This document shows positions 54,960 to 64,000 of a stretch of DNA of 64,000 nucleotides, piece after piece. The notes under the pieces are model-generated. The model worked only from the letters and a program-made list of their open reading frames with translations. It was not told the DNA's origin and searched no databases. The DNA comes from Eledone cirrhosa (Eukaryota). Position numbers and translations under genes: made by a program. The first letter of the stretch is position 1, and each line of letters opens with the position of its first letter. The stretch spans positions 16,306,001 to 16,370,000 of the forward strand of contig OZ024763.1 in assembly GCA_964016885.1 (NCBI GenBank), written 5' to 3'.

Positions 54960-55560
54960 TGAGAGGAGACAAGAAGAGGAGAGGGGAGAGGAGGTGTAGG
55001 AGGAGAAGAGAAGTAGGAGGAGAAGGAGTGGGAGTGAAGAAGAGGAGGGGAAGGAGCATAGGAAACAAAGAGATGAAGAGGAAAAGATGGAGGGGAAGAA
55101 GAGAAGGCTAAGAAGAAGAAGAAAAAAAGAAAAGGAGACAAGAAGGAGAGGAGTTATAGTAGGAGTGAAAAAAGAGACAAGAAGTAGGAGTGAAGATGAA
55201 GAAGAAGAAAAGGATACAAGAAGGAGAGGAGAGGAGTTGTAGTAGGAGTAAAAGGAGTAGGGGTGAAAAAGAAGAGACGAGAAGTAGGAGTGAAGAAAAA
55301 GACAAGAAGAAGTAGGAGTGAATAAAAAGACGAGAAGGGAAGAAGTAGGAGTGAAGAAAAAGACGAGAAGGAGTGAAGAAAAAGACGAGAAGAAGAAGAA
55401 GAAGGAGTGAAGAAAAAGACGAGAAGAAGAAGGAGTGAAGAAAAAGACGAAGAAGAAGAAGGAGTGAAGAAAAAGACGAAGAAGAAGAAGGAGTGAAGAA
55501 AAAGAGGAGAAGAAGAAGAAGGAGTGAAGAAAAAGAGGAGACGAGAAGGCGACGAAGAAG
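54960..55560. repeat. Purine-rich (GAA/GGA) low-complexity repeat
   Basis: Direct inspection; a (CTT)n field also lies at 56735-57095 and gagagcatgacagagtaa repeats at 57185-57410. Confidence 0.9.
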
Positions 55561-55978
55561 CAAGTCAAAAATCCACTATTCACTACTACTTCCTGTATTT
55601 CAACAATATAACTATTTTTGCAAGCTATTCTTATATTATGGTTTCCGCCGTTATCAGAAAGCTGTCTTGTCTTTCTCTGATCACTGACGCAAACAAGTTC
55701 ACCAGACTGCCAAACTTACAATATGGTGGAATTTGTCAATAAGTCAATACTTATCCAAAAAAGCTTGGCTCCAAAAGACTTCTGTCACGTTGCCAATTGC
55801 ATCACTGGGCGCTACAAAGTTCACTTTTAATCTTTAGTCAAGCAGAAGTTCTATCATATCTCCTTTGACAAGCACAAACTGCCTTGCAAAATAATATATA
55901 TCTCCACATATATATATATATGTGTGGAGATATATATATATGTGTGGAGATATATATATATATGTGTATATATGTGTG

Positions 55979-56011
<33 letters not shown>

Positions 56012-56178
56012 GTGTGTGTGTGTATATATACACATACATACATGTATGTATATGTGTATATATATGTATATATATATATATATATATGTGTGTGTATGTG
56101 TGTGTGTGTGTGTATATGTGTATATATATGTGTGTGTGTGTGTGTATATATACACATACATGTATGTATATGTGTATA

Positions 56179-56227
<49 letters not shown>

Positions 56228-56267
56228 CCTTGCAAAATAATATATATCTCCACATATATATATGTGG

Positions 56268-56320
<53 letters not shown>

Positions 56321-57666
56321 TATATATATATGTGTGTGTGTGTGTATGTGTATATATATATATATATATACACATACATACATGTATGTATATGTGTATA
56401 TATATATATATACATATACATATATGTGTATATGTATATACATATATATAATATACATATATATATATATATATATACATATATATATACATACATATAT
56501 ATATATACATATATACATATATATATACATATATACATATACATATATACATATATATATACATACATATATATATATACATATATATATATACACACAT
56601 ATATATATACACACATATATATATACACACATATATACATACACACACACACATATATATACACATAAATAAAGGAGAAGAAAGATCTTTTGGCAGTATT
56701 TTTACACCACATTACAAGCCTTAGTCAACTCTGCCCTTCTTCTTCTTCTTCTTCTTCTTCTTCTTCTTCTTCGTTTCTCTTCTTCTTTTCTCTTCTTCTT
56801 TTCTCTTCTTTTCTTCTTCTTCTTCTTCTTCTTCTTCTTCTTCTTCTTCTTCTTCTTCTTCTTCTTCTTCTTTTCTCTTCTTCTTCTTTTCTCTTCTTCT
56901 TTTCTCTTCTTTTCTTCTTCTTCTTCTTCTTCTTCTTCTTCTTGTTCTTGTTCTTGTTGTTCTTCTTCTTCTTCTTCTTCTTCTTCTTTTCTTCTTTTTT
57001 TCTTTTTTTCTTTTCTTTTTTTCTTCTTCTTTTCTTCTTCTTTTCTCCTTTTCTTTTCTTTTCTCTTCTTCATCTTTGCCTTCTTCTTTCTTCTAACTAA
57101 ATAGACTACTACCACTACTACTACTACCTATTTCATTCAGGCAAGCAAGTAGAAACCAGAGAGAGAGAAGGGGGAAGAGAGAGAATGAGTAAGAGAGAGA
57201 GAGAGAGCATGATAGAGTAAGAGAGAGAGAGAGCATGACAGAGTAAGAGAGAGAGAGAGAGAGAGAGCATGACAGAGTAAGAGAGAGAGAGAGAGCATGA
57301 CAGAGTAGGAGAGAGAGAGAGCATGACAGAGTAAGAGAGAGAGAGAGCATGACAGAGTAAGAGAGAGAGAGTGCATTACAGAGTGGGAGAGAGAGAGAGA
57401 GAGAGAGAGGTTGAAAGTTTGTTCTTTTGCTGCAGAAAAAAACTATCCATGTTAATTGTTCTCTGATTTTTTGATGGAAGAAAAAAATGTAATATAAAAA
57501 GAAAATAGAAAAAGAAATGTGAAAAAGAGAGAAAAAATGAAGGTGAAGAAAGGAAAGAAGAGGGTGTGGAGGGAGAAGGAAGAGGAAAATAAGAGGAAAA
57601 ATGATGAAGAAGAAGAAAAAAGTTGTCGAAAAAGAGGGCAAATAATTAGAAGGCAAATAAGAGGCA

Positions 57667-58063
57667 AATAATTGTTTCTATTTTAGGCACAAGGCCAGCA
57701 ATTATATCAGTGTATTACTGGTACTTTATTTTATCGACCCCGTAAGGATGAAAGGCAAAGTTAACCTTGGCGGGATTTGAACTCAGAACGTAAAGGGCCA
57801 TAGCTCTATGCCACAAAGCATGGCGTCTGATCCTCTACCGATACTGCCAATCCACTGCCCTTAATAAGAAGCAAATAATTGTTTCTACTTTTGGCACAAG
57901 GCCAGCAATTATCCCAGTGTATTACTGGTACTTTATTTTATCAAACTCCCCCCCTACCATAAGGATGAAAGGCGAAGTTAACCTCGACGGGATTTGAACT
58001 AGGACCGTAAAGGGCTGTAACTCTATGCTGGAAAGCATGGTGTCTGACGCTCTACCGATACTG
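57667..58063 (-). mobile_element. Two tandem Meta-like SINEs
   Basis: Copies at 57667-57862 and 57875-58063, each with A/B boxes and core. Confidence 0.88.
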
Positions 58064-58214
58064 CAGCCCTTTACAAGCACACCTGCGGCCCACACAAAGG
58101 TTTTTACAGCGCGAGCATGTTTTAACTTTGTAAAATTAGTTGTAATGTGCACAATTAGTTGTCATGTGGGGCCCTCGTGGCCCTCGGGGGACCCTTAGTT
58201 TGACATGACTGGTA

Positions 58215-58650
58215 TAGAGGACTAGTTCTAACTAGTCTGCAATATATAGTGTAGTTATTATGGTGTAATTGAATCAGTTTTAACCAGTTTTCAACACATA
58301 GTGTAGTTTGTATGCGGTTACTGGACCGGTTCGAAGCAGTTTACAATATATATATAGTGCTGGTTTTATGCTGTTATCCGACCAGTTCTAACCAGTTTAC
58401 CTTATATAGTAAAGTTTTTATGCTGTTATTGGACTGGCTTTAACCAGTTTACAATATATAGTGGTTTTTATGTTATTGGACCAGTTCTAACCAATTTACA
58501 ATATATTGTGCAGTTTTTATGTTATTGGACCAGTTCTAACCAGTTTACAATATATAGTGCTGTTATTATGCTGTTATTGGACCAGTTCTAACCAGTTTAA
58601 AATGTATATAGCAGTTTTTATGCTGTGATTAGACCAGTTCAATATATAGT
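58215..58650. repeat. Degenerate minisatellite, unit about 50 bp
   Basis: gttattggaccagttctaaccagtttacaatatatagt is repeated about 8 times. Confidence 0.8.
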
Positions 58651-58654
58651 CAGT

Positions 58655-59390
58655 TTGTATGATGCGTGTATCCGAACAGCAATGTTGCATGGTAGTGAAA
58701 CCTGGGCGCTGAAGGTGGAAGACTTAGGTAGATTAGAGAGAAATGAAGCCTGCATGCTCCGATGGATGTGTAACAGTAATATACGTGAACGACAAAGCAT
58801 AAAGGAATTGAGAGAGAGACTGAGCATAAGAGGAATCAAATGCTGCGTGCAGGAGAGGCGGTTACGCTGGTATGGACATGTGATGCGTATGAAGGATGAC
58901 AGCTGCATAAAAAGGTGCAGAGCACTAGAAGTTGATGGAAACCGCGGAGTGGGGAGACCCAAGATGACTTGGGATGAGGTGATAAAAGCCGACCTTACCC
59001 AACTACACCTCTCAAAGTCAATGACACACGACCGTGACTTCTGGCGTCACGCAGTAATACAGGGTACCCGACCTCCCATGGGTACATGCTGAAGCATATA
59101 AACAATATGCCCCCCCCCCCCCGCAAGGTGGTCGTGGAGGTGCCACGGCAAAAAAGCACCCAGCCCACACTGTAAAGTGGACGTGTAGGCGCCACGAAAA
59201 AGCACCCAGCACTCACTTTAAATGAGGTTGGTGTTAGGAAGGGCATCCAGCTGTAGAAATCAAGCCAGATCAGTTCCTGTATGAGCAAGGCATGGTCAGC
59301 CGACCAGACACTGCCCACAACAGGACAACCCGTCTAACCCATGCTAGCGTGGAAGAACGGACGTAAAACGGTGATGATGATGATGATGAT
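58655..59390 (+). mobile_element. RTE LINE 3' end, same family as 12395-14316
   Basis: ORF LYDACIRTAMLHGSETWALKVEDL..QGTRPPMGTC is nearly identical; same 3' UTR and (GAT)n tail. Confidence 0.93.
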
Positions 59391-59399
59391 ATATATATT

Positions 59400-59430
<31 letters not shown>

Positions 59431-59457
59431 ATATATATTTATTTATATATATATATT

Positions 59458-59489
<32 letters not shown>

Positions 59490-59510
59490 TATATATATAT
59501 ATATATATTT

Positions 59511-59645
<135 letters not shown>

Positions 59646-59668
59646 ATTTATATATATATATTTATTTA

Positions 59669-59699
<31 letters not shown>

Positions 59700-59700
59700 T

Positions 59701-59779
<79 letters not shown>

Positions 59780-59780
59780 T

Positions 59781-59837
<57 letters not shown>

Positions 59838-59902
59838 ATTTATATATATATATTTATTTATATATATATATATTTATTTATTTATATATATATATATTTA
59901 TT

Positions 59903-59965
<63 letters not shown>

Positions 59966-60096
59966 ATTTATATATTTATATATATATAAATTTATTTATA
60001 TATATATTTATTTATTTATATATATATATTTATTTATATATATATATATATATATTTATTTATATATATATATATATTTATTTATATATATATATA

Positions 60097-60135
<39 letters not shown>

Positions 60136-60177
60136 TTATTTATATATATATTTATATATATATTTATATATATATAA

Positions 60178-60226
60178 GTATGTGTGTATACGTACATACA
60201 TATATGTATACAGACGTACAGTAGCA

Positions 60227-60270
<44 letters not shown>

Positions 60271-60807
60271 TATATACATATATATACATACAGGTACACA
60301 TACATATATGCACGTATCAGTTTAGCGGACGCTTATTATAACGCCGCTTTGTTCGTTTGTAAACAAACTGAACATCTGTATACATATATGTATGTACGTA
60401 TACACACATACTTACATTTAAGTAAGTGCCGTATTAAGAGTGAGAAATGAAATTTCGTTTTCATTTTATTTCAACTTATCGTTTTCGGTATGCCTGACCG
60501 ACTTAGCTCACTCGATATGCAAATTAGGCTGCTCAGCCGTTAATTTTCATAAGGAAAGTATATACTTTCGAATGTTCAACTATCTGGCAGATGGGTATAC
60601 GGTGCTGATGATAGCTAACAAGCTTGAAACTAGTACATCGTTCCTGTGTCAGTGTTGAACAAAAAGGTGACGTGGTTGCCTTAACACCGTACGGCATAAA
60701 AATTCAGGCTGTTCAGTTTGTTTACAAACGAACAAAGCGGCGTTATAATAAGCGTCCGCTAAACTGATGCGTGCATATATGTATGTGTACCTGTATGTAT
60801 ATATATG

Positions 60808-60871
<64 letters not shown>

Positions 60872-60985
60872 TGCTACTGTACGTCTGTATACATATATGT
60901 ATGTACGTATACACACATACTTACATTTAAGTAAGTGCCGTACTAAGAGTGAGAAATGAAATTTCGTTTTCATTTTATTTCAACT

Positions 60986-60988
<3 letters not shown>
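60178..60988 (+). mobile_element. Hammerhead element with inverted and partial direct repeats in an AT microsatellite
   Basis: Inverted repeat 60178-60374 versus 60710-60922; direct repeat of about 105 bp at 60375 and 60884 (period 509). Confidence 0.8.
60599..60641 (+). ncRNA. Minimal type I hammerhead ribozyme
   Basis: ACGGTG CTGATGA TAGCT-AACA-AGCTT GAAA CTAG TA CATCGT. Stem I 6 bp, palindromic ACTAGT stem III, GUA triplet. Confidence 0.82.
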
Positions 60989-61036
<48 letters not shown>

Positions 61037-61135
61037 ATATTTATATATATTTATTTATATATATATTTATTTATATATATATTTATTTATATATATATTT
61101 ATTTATATATATATATATTTATATATATATTTATT

Positions 61136-61168
<33 letters not shown>

Positions 61169-61197
61169 TTATTTATATATATATTTATTTATATATA

Positions 61198-61254
<57 letters not shown>

Positions 61255-61405
61255 TTATTTATTTATATATATATTTATTTATATATATATTTATATATAT
61301 ATATTTATTTATTTATATATATATTTATTTATTTATATATATATATATGTTGATTTAAAACTGCACTGTCAACAAGTGTTTTTTAGCCTTCATATCATGT
61401 TCTCC

Positions 61406-61476
61406 TGTTTTATCTGATGAAAACACAAATATTATTGCTTGATGATCTTTGTTTTTGAAATGCGCATAATAAAATA
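61406..61476 (+). ncRNA. Minimal type I hammerhead ribozyme
   Basis: TGTTTTAT CTGATGA AAACACAAA...TTTGTTTTT GAAA TGCGCA TA ATAAAATA; palindromic ATGCGCAT; lies in a 160-bp island between (TA)n tracts. Confidence 0.78.
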
Positions 61477-61511
61477 TATGGAACTCCTTTAACCATCTTT
61501 TGATCTTATAT

Positions 61512-61544
<33 letters not shown>

Positions 61545-61631
61545 TTATATATATATTTATTTATATATATTTATATATATATTTATATATATATATATTT
61601 ATTTATATATATATATATTTATTTATATATA

Positions 61632-61672
<41 letters not shown>

Positions 61673-61727
61673 TTATATATATATTTATTTATATATATAT
61701 ATTTATTTATATATTTATTTATATATA

Positions 61728-61763
<36 letters not shown>

Positions 61764-61774
61764 TTATATATATA

Positions 61775-61846
<72 letters not shown>

Positions 61847-61979
61847 TATACATATATACACATACACACACATACTGAGAAAAATGAAAAATAAAAAAAT
61901 AAAAATAGATACATTGTGAAATAATTTTTTTTATTAAAATGTTTATTTTTCGCGAAATCAAATTATTTAGTCTGTTCAG

Positions 61980-62760
61980 ATTAGGGTGGTGGTGGTGGTG
62001 GGGCAAATTGATGGTGGTGGTTGGTGTTGCTGGTGGTAATGGTAGTGGCAAAGTTGGTGGTAAGGTTGTTGGTGGTGGTAGTGGTGCTGGCTGCATTGGT
62101 GGTGGTGGTGGTGGTTAGTGGTGGTGGCTGCATTGTGGTGGTGGTGGTTAGTGGTGGTGGCTGCATTGGTGGTGGTAATTGTGATACTAATGGTGGTGTT
62201 CGTACTGGTGGTGGCCATAGTATGGGTGGTGGTGGTGGCAATTGTGGCATTGGTGGCAGTGTTTATAGTGGTGAAGTTGGTGGTGGTTTTGTGGAATTGT
62301 GGTGGTAGTGGTGGTGACAGTGACTATAGTGGTGATGGTACTAATTGTGGTGGTGGTGGTGGTGGTGGTGGTGGTTTTGTGAAATTGTGGTGGTAGTGGT
62401 GGTGACAGTGACTATAGTGGTGATGGTACTAATTGTGGTGGTGGTGGTGGTGGTGGTGGTTTTGTGGAATTGTGGTGGTAGTGGTGGTGACAGTGACTAT
62501 AGTGGTGATGGTACTAATTGTGGTGGTGGTGGTGGTTTTGTGGAATTGTGGTGGTAGTGGTGGTGACAGTGACTATAGTGGTGATGGTACTAATTGTGGT
62601 GGTGGTGGTGGTGGTGGTGGTGGTTTTGTGGAATTGTGGTGGTAGTGGTGGTGACAGTGACTATAGTGGTGATGGTACTAATTGTGGTAATGGTGATGGT
62701 GATGGTGGTAGTGGTGGCAGTGTCTACAGTGTTGAAGTTGATGATGATGGCAGTGATGGT
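61980..62760. repeat. (GGT)n field with about 73-88 bp higher-order repeats
   Basis: ggttttgtggaattgtggtggtagtggtggtgacagtgactatagtggtgatggtactaattgt is repeated 5 times. Confidence 0.9.
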
Positions 62761-63101
62761 GGAGGATTGAGGGAGGTGAGGGAGGGAACGGAAGGGAGGC
62801 TGTAACAAAGAAAAGAAAGTAATCTATGTTTATTCATAAGTGAAATTTAATAATTGCGATATCTTGTGTGATTATCTCGTGGATATTTATTCCTTTTAAT
62901 TATACAGTCAACAAGCTTCAGTTTTTTTATTTCTTATCCTAATTACTCTTTCGATAACTTTAAATAACTTAAGTAAATTTTTTTATAACTTGAAAAAAAA
63001 TTAATGAAGGAAAAAAAAAAACCTGTCTGGTTAAGTTGTTTGTTTCACATCTATGAGGGTTTGAGTTTGATTCCACCCAGCGTCTGTCACCTTTTTATGA
63101 T

Positions 63102-63433
63102 TGTCATGGTTTTGTAGCAAAATCTGCCCACACCTTGACCCCTGGGTAACACTTAACGGTCAAATTCTGGGTTACCTCCTTTTTGGCGTAAACAAGTTGA
63201 TGTGTGGTTGATCCCTCGAGGCAGGGAACAGAGGAAGCAACAGATATAAATAGCCTGTCTCAGACCAAGCAAAGGCAGTTCGGAGCAGTTCCTGATAGAG
63301 TAACTATGTAAAACCTTTGCTTTCTACAGACCCCTTGGGGTCTACAGACTTCTACAGACCTTTTCTCTCTCTCTCTCTCTCCTGGTCTTACAGGCTCTCA
63401 CCTTCTCTGGCCACAGACTATTTCACCATAACA
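63102..63433 (+). mobile_element. Candidate solo LTR
   Basis: Termini TGTCATGGT...ACCATAACA (TG..CA, inverted), internal TATAAATAG; no TSD seen. Confidence 0.45.
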
Positions 63434-63581
63434 GCAAAAACATCGTCAAGGGTAAAAGATTGGTTTAATCAGTAGAGCATCGGACAACATGTCTTGTGTT
63501 TGAAGCTGAAACCTTTATTATATAGGGTGGTAGAGCGTCAGACAACATGTCTTGTGCCTGAAGCTGAAACCTTTATTATAT

Positions 63582-63770
63582 AGGGCAGTGGATTGGCAGT
63601 ATCGGTAGAGGGTCGGACACCATGCTTTGACGCATAGAGTTACGGCCCTTGCCATTCTGAGTTCAAATCCCGCTGAGGTTAACTTTGCCTTTCATCCTTA
63701 CGGGGTCGATAAAATAAAATACCAGTAATGCACTGGGGTAATTGCTGGCCTTGTGCCTAAAGTAGAAACC
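63582..63770 (+). mobile_element. Meta-like SINE, full length
   Basis: tggcagtatcggtagag..gagttcaaatccc..ctttgcctttcatccttacggggtcgataaaa; partial head duplications on both sides. Confidence 0.9.
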
Positions 63771-64000
63771 ATTACTAATTAGGGCAGTAGATTGGCAGAA
63801 TCAGTAGAGCGTCAGTAACATGTCATGTGACTGAATCAGAAACCATTATTATAATGGTCGATAAAATAGAGTACCAGTAGTACACGGCGGGGGGGGGGAG
63901 GGGGTAATTGCTGGCCATGTGTGTGTTCACATGACCTTTTCTTCTTCTTTGCTGCCGCCGCTGCCTTCTTCTTCTTTTCTTCTTTTCTTCTTTTCTTCTT

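Overview
This is AT-rich, extremely repeat-dense animal DNA with no prokaryotic features. The SINE, RTE-LINE and microsatellite repertoire points to an octopus or other cephalopod (inference). Almost all ORFs in the supplied track are artefacts of (TA)n, (CA)n, (CT)n, (ACT)n and (GGT)n repeats. The real content is: two tRNA-derived SINE groups (CORE-type and Meta-type central domains); several decayed RTE-type LINE pieces, one with an RT that carries a PHD-like insert and one with a twin-priming-type inversion; an RNase H-bearing LINE 3' end; a dead mariner transposase holding a nested hAT MITE; a TTAA MITE; a candidate solo LTR; a Penelope-like GIY-YIG fragment; and large minisatellites, several born from SINE parts. 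The main unexpected signal is about a dozen hammerhead ribozyme motifs (CTGANGA-stem II-GAAA-palindromic stem III-NUH, with a complementary stem I). They belong to several unrelated sequence families and sit in short non-coding elements with inverted and partial direct repeats, inserted into (TA)n tracts. This suggests a Penelope-mobilised, retrozyme-like system. Two phase-compatible candidate exons of an unidentified minus-strand gene, about 39 kb apart, suggest that most of the window may be intronic. All structures were read by eye and coordinates of degenerate repeats are approximate.
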